Made by a program: the position numbers and the translations under genes. DNA of 54,573 nt, the filler included, from Sluysia triapertura (taxonomy: Eukaryota), in the NCBI GenBank assembly GCA_046118255.1. It is 4 parts of 4 records of this genome, joined end to end, with 100 filler letters (N's around TTAATTAATTAA, not from the genome) between each part and the next. Parts side by side here need not be neighbours in the genome. Positions count along the whole stretch, not along the records: positions 1 to 13,813 come from JBJNIA010018077.1; positions 13,914 to 26,799 come from JBJNIA010074718.1; 2 more parts are not named here. One strand, written 5' to 3'. The notes beneath the pieces are model-generated. The model saw only the letters and a program-made list of their open reading frames with translations. It had not been told where the DNA came from and ran no database searches. Shown piece after piece: positions 12,901 through 25,717 of the stretch (the first letter of the stretch is position 1; every line of letters starts with the position of its first letter).

Positions 12901-13425
12901 TTGGTTAGTCTCTGAAGCTATAAACATAATTCGGCCAGTTAATGAACTATTTGTTTTTGCTGGCATTATATATTCGGTTCTACGCAATAACCATAATGGT
13001 TCATCAACATAAACATCATCATCATCATCGATAGTTCTGTTTGAATGACTATCCATCAATTTAACACTATTAAAATCCAGTATTACTTCTTTTAGTTGTG
13101 ACAGTATATCCATTCCCAATATCATGTCTTCTGGACATTTTTTCATTACTCTCAATTTTACGTCGACTTTATTTTGCCCTATTTCGCATACGGCTTTCAT
13201 TACTCCAACAATGTGTATGGCATCTCCGGTGACTCCTGATAAATGTGAAAAATGATTTGCTACATTTCCTTGTTCCTCTTCTGTTAATTGATTTTCATTG
13301 ATTAATGATGACACTGCCCCTGTATCTACTAGTGCCAAAATGGTTCTTCCATTAATTTTAACGTTAGCCATTGGTCTCTTGGAATTGTTATAATTATTAT
13401 TTGCACATATTATCATATAAACCAC
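9983..13425 (-). pseudogene. pol: Gypsy pol (protease, reverse transcriptase, RNase H, integrase), disrupted
   Basis: ORF pieces 12730-13425 (PR), 12003-12473 (RT), 11630-11845, 10761-11561 (RH, IN zinc finger), 10062-10745 (IN core). In-frame stops at ~12730 and ~10761; frameshifts or deletions near 12520, 12030, 11665 and 10100. Confidence 0.95.
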
Positions 13426-13471
13426 ATTTGGTATCGGTGTCGTTGGAGGATTTGGATAAATTTTATTATCC

Positions 13472-13813
13472 TTATCTTTGATTATCCTTATGTATATCCT
13501 TTTGTGATTTTCTAAGATTTTCCTTTAACTCTTCAATTTCTTCAATTTCATCATTTTGAATTGTCTGTAATGCTACATTTTCATTTTCTATTCTCGTTCT
13601 TTCTTTTCTTAACGCATTTATTTGTGAGTTAGCGTGATGATGTAACAAATATTTCGCCAAAAATGGAAAACAACCTTTTATCAATTTCCAAGTAAAACCT
13701 GAAATCTTATAAATTCCTACAACAGATAAAACTTGGGATATTATTAACGCTATTACTTTAATAATTATGTAAATACCAATTAATCCTGAGAAAGCTTGAC
13801 CTAAAATTAGAAA
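13472..13813 (-). CDS. C-terminal fragment (TM anchor + cytoplasmic tail) of a putative viral-type envelope glycoprotein, chuvirus G / gB-like
   Basis: Frame is open from the gap edge: FLILGQAFSGLIGIYIIIKVIALIISQVLSVVGIYKISGFTWKLIKGCFPFLAKYLLHHH, then a charged tail. The pattern resembles the C-terminus of chuvirus-type glycoproteins as recalled; not verified by search. Confidence 0.6.
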   Translation of the reverse strand, partial: FLILGQAFSGLIGIYIIIKVIALIISQVLSVVGIYKISGFTWKLIKGCFPFLAKYLLHHHANSQINALRKERTRIENENVALQTIQNDEIEEIEELKENLRKSQKDIHKDNQR

Positions 13814-13913
13814 NNNNNNNNNNNNNNNNNNNNNNNNNNNNNNNNNNNNNNNNNNNNTTAATTAATTAANNNNNNNNNNNNNNNNNNNNNNNNNNNNNNN
13901 NNNNNNNNNNNNN
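13814..13913. other. Assembly gap linker
   Basis: 44 N + TTAATTAATTAA + 44 N. Confidence 0.99.
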
Positions 13914-14859
13914 TATTATTAATATTATTTATTTATTATTATTATTTATTGAATGAATATCATAAATCTATTGAATGAATATCGTAACATATATATAATA
14001 TAATATTAAAAAAATAATGTAATTTATTACATTAGTTTATAAAATATCGAATTGCCTGTTTATATTTTTTGTAATCCTTTAGGGGCTGATGTTTTTTAAA
14101 ACATTCCTCAGGATGGAGCCCGTGTTTTCGCAACAATATACTGTTTCTTTTCTACCTTTTATTTTTCGATCACTACAAAATAGCGCAGTCCTTGGAATTA
14201 CTTCGTTCATTTAAAATAAAAAAACATTTTCTTATATGACCATCTTCGACATATGACGGATTACATAAACTAATTAGTGTTGAGGTTGCCTCGGCGGTGG
14301 AACGCAAAAGGTTAAGAGATCAAAACCTCTTAAGCAATCTATATGCTAATAATTATTTCTTCCATTAGGATTATTTACATTTTCGGTTTTATTGGTTATG
14401 TGTAAATAATCTACAAAATAATTAATTAGAAATTAACAATTACTTTGTATATTTTCGAATTTTGAAATATCTTTTGGGTGTTCTTCCGAAAATTAAATTA
14501 TGTCCAACATGTTTATGTTCTTGAATTTTTTCTGCTATTTTCCTTTTAAAAATCAAAGCTTACTTCAGGACATATAAAATACTTTCGTCACAAAAATTTA
14601 TTCATTTTCGTACTAAAAATAAAAATTTGTTTTTACCAGTTTTAATAGAGTTAAATGTTGTTTCACACGTTAAATATTGTTTCACACGTTAATACTTTAA
14701 AATTTAATTTGCATTCTACTTTTAATAATTTAAATTTATTTAAAGAACAATTAAATACATACTACAAACATTTTTATTTCCTAAGAATCACAATAAATGA
14801 TGTACAATTTTTCAACATAAATGCATTATTGAATGTATTAGTGATGTCGATTTGGAAAA

Positions 14860-15200
14860 CATATCACGTATTCACAGTAAACACCGATGACTAGATGGAC
14901 GTAAACCTATAAATATTAATTCAATTAACTTTGTGGAAATATGATAAAACCAATTTAAAACAAACAAAAAATGAATCCAAATATAAAGTTGGTGATTAAA
15001 TCAGAAAACTTTAATAATTGGGGTGATGAGGTGATACATATTAATGAAATTTGTACAAGAAAATAGGTACAATGAAAATTTTATCATGGAGAATTACAGG
15101 TTTTACCTGAAAAACCAATAATTTATCATATTGAAACTAAAGGCAGAGGAAAAACCAAAAAATTTACTTGTTGGAGGCTTGAATCTCAATTAGTGTATAA
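14860..15200 (+). mobile_element. Polinton/Maverick-type integrase C-terminus plus chromodomain remnant
   Basis: Broken translation SKYKVGD*IRK..NNWGDEVIHINEI..FYHGELQVLPEKPIIYHIETKGRGKTKK..LV matches the KFKVGD..NWS.E.F..FY..ELQ..Y.IEK pattern of this integrase class. Confidence 0.6.
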
Positions 15201-16250
15201 GCGTCGACGTAATGCATTCATTTTCATCAAAGGAGTACTGAAAGTTTTCATTTAATATTACTCACTCGAAATCCAATAAAATTTACTTATAATTTTTATA
15301 AAATTTCAATTAGGCCAAATTTACTTTTACCGCTGACATTAATTTGTTTTTGACCAGAAAATTAAACTTATTGATAAATCGTGTATTGTAGAAAAACAGA
15401 AAATACAATATTTCGACGAATGTATGATTATTGCATTTGTGGAAAATAATAAAATCATATTAAAATAATGGATCATTATATTGACAATAAAATAAAAATG
15501 AAATTATTATACATGGAGAAATTTAATGTACAAATTAAGAATGTATCAATTACTATATGAACAATTTAATTTTAAACATTGAAATTATGGCAGGTGAATT
15601 TTGTGATGTTGAATGTTATATTCTTAAATTATGCTTGAAAAATAAAACATGGTTGAGCCAGATGGAAATTGACTAGTTAATTAATTGACAAGTTAATAAG
15701 ATCTCTATATTTATTCAAGAAAGTTTTTATCAGAATGATGATGGCACCAATATATATTACCAAGTGACTGTAAAACTATTTCTTAAAGTATTGTCGTAAG
15801 GATGAGTTAAGTAGTAATCACACGACTCTGTTAGAGTTGCAAGACAAAACCTTATTAGTACTTTCATTGTCTTACCAAGATGAAGCCATTGTTTGAAATA
15901 TTTGATCCTTTAGTTTAATTATTAATTAATTTAGTTTAATTTCATTGCAATCTTATTTAATTTAGTTTCAAATATTGTATTTATTGTCGTGTTATTTTCG
16001 GCTCAGATTTAGTTCAGTCTGAATATCAGATATTTCATGGTTTAATATATCATGATTGAATTTTATATTATTTTTTATTTTATGTTGTACCTCAGTTACA
16101 AATTTTTGGCTCGCTATTTTGAGTTTTTTTATCGGACTATAGAAGTGCGCACGTTATTTAGCATTTGGATGAGGATAAACTTGGAAATACTGGGTACGAT
16201 AACTAAGTGCATGATTTAGTGCATCAAGCCGATTGTTAGATGACTGACTT

Positions 16251-17380
16251 TTATTTGATGCATTTTTCCACATTGAAATATTTGAATTGACTTTTAAGGG
16301 CATCACTCTTAACATTCTTAATTTTATTTAATGCATCTTTAGCACGTTCCGAAAATGTAAATTCAGTAAAATGAATAAATGCATCATCTTTCATCTTTTT
16401 AACACGTTTACTACAATTACTAGGCCCACCTGATGCAGCCAGAAACTTTCTGTAGTTGTTAGCATAGATTTCGAACATAGAAAATCTTAGCATGCTTCAT
16501 TTTTTATTTACTTTTCCGTTTCGGTACACCACTAGAATACAATTATCAACCGAAAATGGCTTATCCATCATTTTGCCAGATTTAATTTCATGATTATTTG
16601 ATTTTGAAAGAACGAATTGTGCAATTTGTTTAGTTTGACAAACACAAAATACATTACCACGATTAATATTAAATGAAATTCATAAAATTTTCCACCTGAT
16701 TGAAAAAACGTTATCAAATCACTTTCACCAATAAATGCTTCACAACTTTTACATGGTGCCTCAACGTAATAACTTCTTGGTGGACATTGTCATAATTTGT
16801 ATTCAGTTTACATGAATTGTAATGAACAATTACATCTTCAAGTTTACTTTTGAACTGGCATTCATTTAAAAGACATTTGACTTTATATCTTTATATACAG
16901 GTGTGCTGCTCGTTTCATAATTTTTATATTGCGAATTTTGAGATGGACAGTTACTTGTTTTTAAATAATTTTCTAAACATGGTTTACTAAAATAAGGATC
17001 TACAACAATTTTTTGCACGATTTACATTTAAAACAATCATTACAATCAGAGAATAAATCGGATAAAATTGATAATGTTCGTCATCATAATAATTTTTTTC
17101 GCTAAAATTTTAATTCATTAAATCTTTCTTTTGTGATTAGGTTTTTCTCTCCTCTCTGTCTTTTGTAATTTATTTTACTTTTTCTTTGTAGTTCTTACAT
17201 TACGTTTGAGAGCACTATCATTACAAGTAAACATTCTAATATATTGCACAACCGAACCACAAAATGAATTCACATGTACAGATTTTATAAGTTGACGCAA
17301 CAACCAGTAGTCCCAACTATTAATTATTACCTCATTGGTACACAACCGTTTACTATATAATTTATTATTATCATTATTTT
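16251..17380 (-). pseudogene. Degenerate intronless ORF with RING-like and TRAF/Sina-type zinc-finger remnants
   Basis: Frameshifted translation FKCKSCKK/IVVDPYFSKPCLENYLKTSNCPS ... KVKCLLNECQFKSKLEDVIVHYNSC (~17070-16805). Confidence 0.45.
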
Positions 17381-19006
17381 AATTGAAGTAAAATTTGTAA
17401 TAAAAATATTTTCTATACGTTTGTAACGTTATTTTTTCTGATTTTGTGTATATTTTATAAAAATTAAATTAATAAATTGTAATAGTTAATAGAGCCAAAA
17501 TTAAACCAGAACTGACTCTAAAAACTATCAATTATACAATCAAATCAAGGAAAATTGCACTGACTAGGGAAGAATCAAAGTATAGTTTATGGGCACTATT
17601 TTCTTAATAATGAGAATGAGGATAATTTTGATGGCTTTTATCTTTTTCTGATTTTGATGACAATTTTTAATAAATGTCAAATACATTGTTTTTTCTTGCC
17701 GTTTACGTTTATAATATTAAATTTGTAAACTACATTTTTAATAATACCATAATTTTTGTAGGTGTTTAAGATTTGTGATTATGTATTAAGAATATGAAGG
17801 CAATTATTTCTTATTTTTAAAATATAATCATTATGATGATAATTTTCTGTTATTATTTAGTAATAATCAATATTTACGAAATTAGGTTGATATTATTCGG
17901 AGATGGGGATTTCTTCGGCGATCATAATATTCGAATGATATTTATTTTTCTTGTACAAATTGGTTTCTGTGATCACGGTGAATGCTGTTTAAGGAGAGGT
18001 TGATTTCTTCAGACAGTTATATAATTTTTAAACAGTGTAATCGTCATTGATACAAGATTTGGTTTATATTAGACTATATAAACTGTAATAAGAACAGAAT
18101 CTTAGCAGGCACAACCATGGTAACCATAGAACCATCAATGTATGCAATATATAATATTGTAGGTCAGATTCTTGTATAAATTATGCGTATGGTTGGTTAA
18201 GTGATTGCAAAGCATAACAGTGACACTGAACTCATTTTTGCGATCAACTGATCACTAAAGCCAACTTAAAATAAAATTCCCCGCATATACAATTATCTCC
18301 ATTCATGTACAAAGTCAATAACTAAAAAAATCCTTTTCCAATTAATTAACACCAAATCCAAATTTAATATAATACTCACTCTAAGTAAAGCCCAATAAAA
18401 TCACTCAACCAGTTAGAACGTTCTAACTGAATCCATAATTAAATGCGTCCGAATAAACATTATATCCTTCAATTCATCCATCGGGAGGTACAAGGGTGGT
18501 TTGTATTTTTCATTTCATATAATTTCTTTGTATTTATTTATATCTGTTAGTATTTGTCTTTTAGCGAATTTTTTTTGTTTTATTTGTGTTTTGTTTGAGT
18601 TTGATGGATTCATATCCACTCCCATCACGTTTATCTATTGATTTCTGAATGCTTTTTGGTGTTTATGAAGATGTTTTTGAGATTTTAAACTGTTTTTAAT
18701 TGTAACATAACTGAGCGTGGATATTTAGGTATTATAAATTAAGTACAATATTAATATTTAAATATTGAAGATGTATTTAGAATATGTTTTTTTAATTTAT
18801 TTTAAAGATGTTCGTGTAGTTTTAATTGTTTTTTAATTGTGAAATCTTACAATACTCTATGGTAAGACTAATGAAAATTTGTAAAAACTAATTAGTTTGT
18901 GATTATGAAATTCAACTTAAATGGAGAATAATAGTTGCTGACTGTTTGATTGCATTATTATTATTATTATACCTAATAACTAATTAAATGTTAATTTTCT
19001 AATTAG

Positions 19007-20778
19007 ACATTACAGTGTACTCAAAGATTGATTTTGAATAAATCAAATGCAGCAATTTCTGGCTGTTTGGCAGGTTTGGCTAAATTCTTTTATCCGTCAA
19101 CATCACTATCAATGTATTTACTTTCTAAATCTGGTGAAATATTTTGCCAAAATTATTTTGGCAATAACGTGTTTCTGAATCGCTATAAGGACATTTTTGT
19201 GGCGTTTATCTATTCGATAGCAACTTCAATTGTGTTTCATACGGTTAGTTTAATTAGTTTAATTTATGGTTAATATATTCAAATTTGAAACACAAATATA
19301 ATCTTTACAATTTTGTAATTAACACTAGGTTTACTGGTGGTGATTGTGTATACATATTTTTTTCTGAACTGAGCTATTTTTAAATCATTTCATCCGTTTT
19401 AAATGAATCTATTATTAAAAGTTTCATTGAAAACATTTGTTACATATAAACTCTATTTTTGAAATACATTTTCCGCAAATACTTTATTACATTTAACACA
19501 AAGACTCACATCATATTTCTCTTGTATGATGCTTGAACTTGACAATTCTTCCGTGCGTCAATAGTATAGAAAGGGAAGTTTTCTCGACATCGTCGCTATA
19601 CTTACTTTCTTGACCCTTCAGCCAACTTGTTGGCATTGCCCAATTTGTGTATGGAGAATAAAATATATATAAGAAAAGTGATATAAAATACCTGAAATAT
19701 GATAAAATAAACAAAATGAGAGTAAAATGTTTATAATCACTTTCAAACTGAAGAATCCCTTGGAGTTCCAAAGACCTTTGTAGGGTATGAAACCCTTGTG
19801 AAGACTTAAGTAAGCTTTAGAAAGATGTTTTGAAGATACCTTTGAACGCTGAACCTTGGGATCATTTGAGACCTTGTTGATTTGTTGTAATCTTAATAAA
19901 CTTTTGAGACCTTCGAGTAACCTTGAAAAATGTGTGGAACCTTTGAAATGTTCAAGAATTAAAATCATGGTTCATAATATTAAAGATAAATTTAATACAT
20001 TAATGAATCAGAGTGGTGAAGATGAAAATATCTAGAGCCTCCTAAGTACATTATAAAGTATTTAACAACTTTATAACCATAATAAAACCTTTAAACCTTT
20101 AAAATAATTAATTAATTAATTAAATTCTTAATTAACTTAATTTAGAAAAATTACGTTAGTATGAATAACTTTTGAATGAGGAATGCTGTGTTTTAAAGAG
20201 ACCTTTCGATGAAAATAAGGAAAGCTTCCAAATTGAACAAAGTCGGATTTTAATTAAATTTTAATTCAAAATGCAGAAAATTTCATATTTCGAATGATGA
20301 AGAGATTATGAGTTGGGTATGAAGTGATTGCTATGAAATAGGAGAATCCGAAAATGAGGTTGAAATGTTTGTGAAATGGTTTGTTTGGGAATGAGAACCT
20401 TAAAAATTTTCCATTAAAAATAGTGTGAGGAATTTAAATTTAATTAAACTCTAAAAACTAAAGTTATATTCATCATTTTAAAGTATGTCAATAATAATAA
20501 TAATTGTTATTTAAATGTAAGAAGTGATTCATGAAAGAATAGATGAGTAGAGTAGAAGAAAAATGAGAGTTGATTGTTAATCGAATTGTTTTGTTTTGCT
20601 TGATAGGTCTTGCCATATAAGTGTCAAAGTCGGTTTAATATTTAGGAGGTTTTGATGATTTGTGTAATAGTAATTCCTGAAAGTGATTGGACAATACAAA
20701 GATATAAAAGCGAATACTTAAAAAATTTTCATCACAATTGATTGTATGGCACAGTATTGAAGGGAAGATCCATGATTA

Positions 20779-20839
<61 letters not shown>

Positions 20840-23730
20840 GAATAATTTTTGAATTAGTTAAGTTATCGTTAAATTGGTTTTATTTGATTTTAATTGATTT
20901 CTTGAGAGACTCCTTGCGGAGTTATTTTGGTCAAATTTTTAATTATTTTTTGATTTAGCTCTCATTAAATTGCCCAAATTGCTTTCTAGTTTTTCGGCTA
21001 TCAAATTAGAATAGAGCTATTCTATAAGATAATAATATTATTCATTTCAATTTCTTTAGATATGGGTATTTTAATTTTGTTGTTTGTTGCGTCACCTCTG
21101 CTTTCTTTGGATTGATTGTTGTGGTCGTAATATTGTCATAAACTTTATGGTTATTCGAAATTTAGTTATTTTTCATTTAGTTTACTTTTATTATTGTTCA
21201 GGCAGATAATTATAATAATTTTTGATTATTATATTATTGACTTCTTGCCATTATTTTAAATTAAGAACTCAATTTTGAATAAATATCATTAAGATAAGAA
21301 AATTTGTGATAAATTGTACTTGTTAATTGAATGTACAAGGATTTTAATTTATAATTAGAATTTGCATTTATTCCGCGAACATTGAAAGTTTACTGCAGTT
21401 AGAGAATAATCAATAATTGTAACCATTTCACGATTACTGAAAATACATTAAAAATTCTGAGTTAAGATAGTCATTAAATTATTGTTAATAATTTTAAATA
21501 ATCTTAAACAAACTGGAAAATACAATCATTACTTCAAATATTTATTTGAGTGGTCTCTTTATATAGATTCCAAGCATAAGTAGCTGCTAATACTAGGATG
21601 TTATAGAAAACATGTTGTGGCCATCTGATAGAGCCTGCTTAACGCTCTATTTTCGGGCTATTTGGTCAAATATATCCACGCCATGTTATTGTTTCGTGAA
21701 TGAGTTTTATTTTTTTTAATTGTTACATTTTTATGTTTGTGCTTAGCAGTAGAACTTTTTTGTATTAGGTTTGCTTTTATATATGGTCAGAGTACAATTC
21801 TCAGATTTATATAGTTTGTGGAAAACCGTGCCATTTTATCTTTCTTGGCTTTCGCAATTTTAGGTAATTCTTTTCGGTTTAGACGTATAGTAGTTTTCTT
21901 TCAAAGGCTTGTAAAAAAATCTGTGGTGATATTTCGTGTACAATCTAAATATGGCTCTGCAAGCTTAGTCACTACAAATGTTCGATCATCGGGTTTCATA
22001 CTTTCTCAAGTATGGAAAAGCATTTACAAGATACTTGCTTTTAACCCCTGATGCCAAATTTATCAGGCTTGTTTAATCGGCATCTAGCTTTAGTTTAGAA
22101 CAATTGCTCATCGATTGTAATATTTGCCCAAGGTTTGTAACAAACTTCACTATTTTCAATAAATTTATCCCACATTTTTGAAATTAAGGCAAATATGTCT
22201 GCTTTTAGTCTTTCACTGCATCATTTTTTTTATCAAAACGTATGAACCGCAGTATGTCTATACATTTGTCTCTAGACATTGTTTAGGAGAAAAAAGCCGG
22301 AACCCACTTCGTAGATCGCAAATACGAACACTTTAAATTTTTTGCCACATATGCTCCTCAAGCATACAATATTGCTACTGTGATTTTGTAATTGTCCATT
22401 CCTTGAAGTTCTGTGCATGATTTATGTATTTCATCATGCTTTCGTCAGCATAGGTAATTGGACCTTATTCAGTTTGTATATGGTGTAATCTGGTAATCTA
22501 CCCACATCTCCACCTTCTTTCAAGGTTTCCCAGAAAGTCTCATTAGAAGCTGATTCGGTTGAATTGTTTTGATCACAAATTTTATCAACAAGATCTCCTT
22601 CATTTTCTGTTTCAGAGTCACAAATAATCATGGCTCTTTTTGAGATGAACCTCATCTTCGCTGCTCGAAAATTCAATTCTACTGACTTTATTCTCTATAT
22701 CAATTTCGTTATCACATAGTTCCGCATCAGTTGCATCCGATTCATTATCTTATTTCGTTTAGTTTTTTAGCAAAAGAAAATTTTTCAGATTTTTCCCCAT
22801 AATCGCAACTCTACGTAAGTAGATGTAAAATAAATATGAATTTATTTTAAATAAATATCAATAAATATCACACGCTATGTATAAAACGGAATGATGAAAA
22901 AAGTGAGTAAATAAGACACTTTTTGATCCCAGCTAACTAATAAATTGGCAAAACTGAACATCAATTTGTGTTAGAAATCAGATTTTTTTATATAAGCCAG
23001 AAATTTTATGAGTCAAATAGGTATACCACATTCGACAATAAGAAATGAAGGGTTAAGTCGAGGGGAGTAATTCATATTTATGTATAATTCGTTACGGAAT
23101 TAAAAACCAACATATGTTATTATAAAAATTATACATATAATTCTAAATTAGTCACATTGGCTCAGTCCACAAATCTAGTGTTAATATAATTAATTACATT
23201 ATTTTTTGTCATGAAAGCATTTCAAGTCATTACAATACATAATTTATAGACTTTTGCAGAGAATTGACAGTTCATAATAAATTGCATTTAATCTTTGCCA
23301 TTAGTAACTGTTTTTGAATATTGTAATTATTGTAATGGATTTTTCTGTTTGTGACCTCACCAAGTGAATTTACTGAAGAAAGCGAGAAATAATTTTTAGA
23401 AATAGAAATGGTAATTAATCCGACGGCGTTTTCTCTACTTACTAAATTTACTGATATCTTCGATAATTCACATTACCTCAAAATTATAAGTATATATTTT
23501 ACAAACTTTTTTTAAATTTATAAATATATCAATTGTTTCAAGCTAAATAATACTAACGCTTGTTATATAAAGAATTTTATATTTTTAATATTTAGGCATT
23601 TTTAGATCCAAATAATGTGCCCAAAGCTTATTATAATTTCATGAAAAGAATGACTGGAGAAGCGTTAGTTTTTATTGTAGCATTTATATTGTTTAGGATA
23701 TTGAAAGTTAATAGACTTATTTTGAAGTAG
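19007..23730 (+). CDS. TMEM135: Transmembrane protein 135 (peroxisomal PMP52 family), 3' exons
   Basis: Exons 19007-19243 (NAAISGCLAGLAKFFYPSTSLSMYLLSK..IYSIATSIVFHT), 23596-23663 (AFLDPNNVPKAYYNFMKRMTGE) and 23697-23730 (ILKVNRLILK*). Canonical, phase-compatible splice sites; collinear with the TMEM135 C-terminal half. 5' exons not located. Confidence 0.85.
19628..20701 (+). mobile_element. Non-autonomous TGTTGG-terminal repeat element (family B), copy 1
   Basis: Starts TGTTGGCATTGCCCAA; internal blocks resemble 25146-26584; degenerate right TIR at ~20685-20701. Confidence 0.5.
21419..23056 (-). mobile_element. piggyBac transposon, degenerate (inside TMEM135 intron)
   Basis: Minus-strand motifs TMSRDK, ITIDEQLF, NKPDKFGI, RNITTD.FFT, GVDIFDQ, RWPQHVFYNIL. 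AGGG-TTAA terminus at 23056; degenerate opposite terminus at ~21419. Confidence 0.9.
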
Positions 23731-25574
23731 TACATTTTGATTTTATGATACATCCGTTATGAAATTAATAAATTATTGTTTTTATTTTAACTGTAAAGTC
23801 GTTAGTGTTGACTTTGTTAAAGTTTTCGAGTGACTTTTATAAATGAATGAAATTAATTAAAATTAGGATATCATTCGTATAATTAAATTAATTCTCATGC
23901 ATCTATGACAAAGTAAAATTTATACCTTTATAGTACGCTGTGATTGATCATAAAATTTTAATTTATTTTCATTTAAATTTTGTCTTCTAATTCTTTTTTA
24001 CTTAGATTACTTATTTTTATTATTTATAATTTCTTTAATTGTTTGTAGTTTTTGGTATTATAATTTTCTATATTTCTATTAGTTTTCTTTATTCAAAGCA
24101 TTCTAGGCTTAAGCTTTATATTTCTTCTGCTGATTTAGTTCTAAAATCTTATTAAAATTTAAATCTTGATCTGAAAACTTTCAGTTAATATTAATATTAT
24201 TTCACTTAATATTAAATTCTTTTTTACGATTTTCGTTTGGAGTCTTAATTTAATACTCGTCTCTGTTCTTAAAGATGGAAGAAGAAATGGGGGTATGGAT
24301 AGGCAGGTGTTCCAGTAGCAACGTCATAGGGTCGCAATTCGAACTTATAGATGTTGGGTGTGATAGACAAGTTTTTGAATGCCAGGCCTGGGTGCATGTC
24401 ACGATTGTACGAATTGGAAAAGATAAAATAAACTACTTTTATTTAGACTTTTTAGTTATACATTGTCAATGCACATTGATTTTTGACCATTGGTGGTGGT
24501 GTTTAGGGGCGCCAAGTCGAGGTATTGCTACTCGGCAAGCCACTGAGTACTTTGTTAAAATTTTACAAATTGTTATTTTAAAAACTTTATAATCTTACTT
24601 TTAAATATCTTGTTCAAAATAAAATTTAATAAAAATGACGCATAACAAATATACTTTCAATTACAAACAACACAAAAATTAATTTTGTACATAAAATATT
24701 CGATTGAAGAATATTCACAATTTAATTTTACAAAGTTTTTATTTATGAATTTAATGCAGGTGATTGTGTACAGATAAAAATGGTTCCTTAACGTCAAACG
24801 TTGACGTGTTATTTGATTAAATGTAAAATACTGTTAATTGTTTTGATTTTCAAAAAATAATGATCAGCTTTCATGGAATTATTTAATTAGATACACTTGC
24901 TTAGAGTAGATCAACTGGAAATTGTAGATCAGACAATTTTTATAATGCGTCGTTATTTTGTTTATCATTTCCTCTATATAATTATTGAATCATATTTTTA
25001 TTTATAATAAATATATAATTCATTACCCATTAAATCGTTTTCTATGTAATTTATTTTACATTTAGAAATTTTTTATAAGTTACTCTACTTACTTCATAGA
25101 TAAACTAAAATAGTTTTATAAAATATAAAATTATATTTTTGTATATGTTGGGATTGCCCAACTGTGGATTAGGAGATGAGTGAGAAACAGAACCATAAAA
25201 TGAAGGAAAAATTGATACGAAATAATAGAACATTATAAACATTGTTGGTGTAAGAAATATGAAAATGTCTATAGCATTTAAAAATTTTTTAGTAATCTTG
25301 TTGAGTAGTTGAAATCCTTAAAATAATTGAGAAAAATCAGTTTTACTAATAATTAAGACAAATTTAATGCGTTAATAATTTACATTAAGAAATATAAAAT
25401 TGAATCAGATTGTTAACTGTGAAAGCATCTGGAACCTCCTGAATGCTTTTAGAACCTTAATAGAACCTTTAAAAAAATAAGATTAACTCTAAAAATAGAT
25501 TAATTAATGAAAATTAATTAATTAATAGCGTTTAATGCGGATTGCTATGTTAAAGTTGAGACTGTGTGTGTATG

Positions 25575-25692
25575 TGTTGGGATAAAAGACTGTAATAAAA
25601 TAAAAAATTGTTAGACTGGGCTGATAGCTCGAACTGCGCAGCGAGAGGTCCCGGGTTTGATCCCCGGTCAGTCCACTTTATGAAGTATAACA
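25575..25692 (+). mobile_element. tRNA-core short element, copy 1 (internally deleted)
   Basis: TGTTGGG..TAACA termini, 4-bp TSD TATG, tRNA-like GGGCTGATAGCTC..CCGGGTTTGATCCCCGGTCAGTCCA. Confidence 0.85.
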
Positions 25693-25717
25693 TATGGTTT
25701 ACCCGAGTTCATGCAAT

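Larger units (their letters stand above)
8132..13813 (-). mobile_element. Ty3/Gypsy LTR retroelement (retrovirus-like): env-like/PR/RT/RH/IN/PR2-membrane ORF; 5' part lost in the assembly gap
   Basis: PR-RT-RH-IN order and motifs: ALVDTGA, RFCIDFRELN, LDLQSGYWQ, YIDD, TDASNY, NYSTVERECLA, HHCC zinc finger, YHPQTDGLVE, GPY..VHVNRCK. LTRs not identified. Confidence 0.95.

Noticed and set aside
13858-13869. TTAATTAATTAA palindrome occurring three times
   Set aside because: Always centred in N44..N44; an artificial six-frame-stop gap linker.
14368-14525. Possible upstream TMEM135 exon (LFTFSVLLVM..FRILKYLLG)
   Set aside because: In-frame stops and no splice solution keeping the frame; similarity too weak.
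24250-24560. GC-elevated 105-aa ORF and TGGCGCCC PBS-like motif on the minus strand
   Set aside because: No recognisable domain; the PBS match is only 8 nt with no adjacent LTR end.
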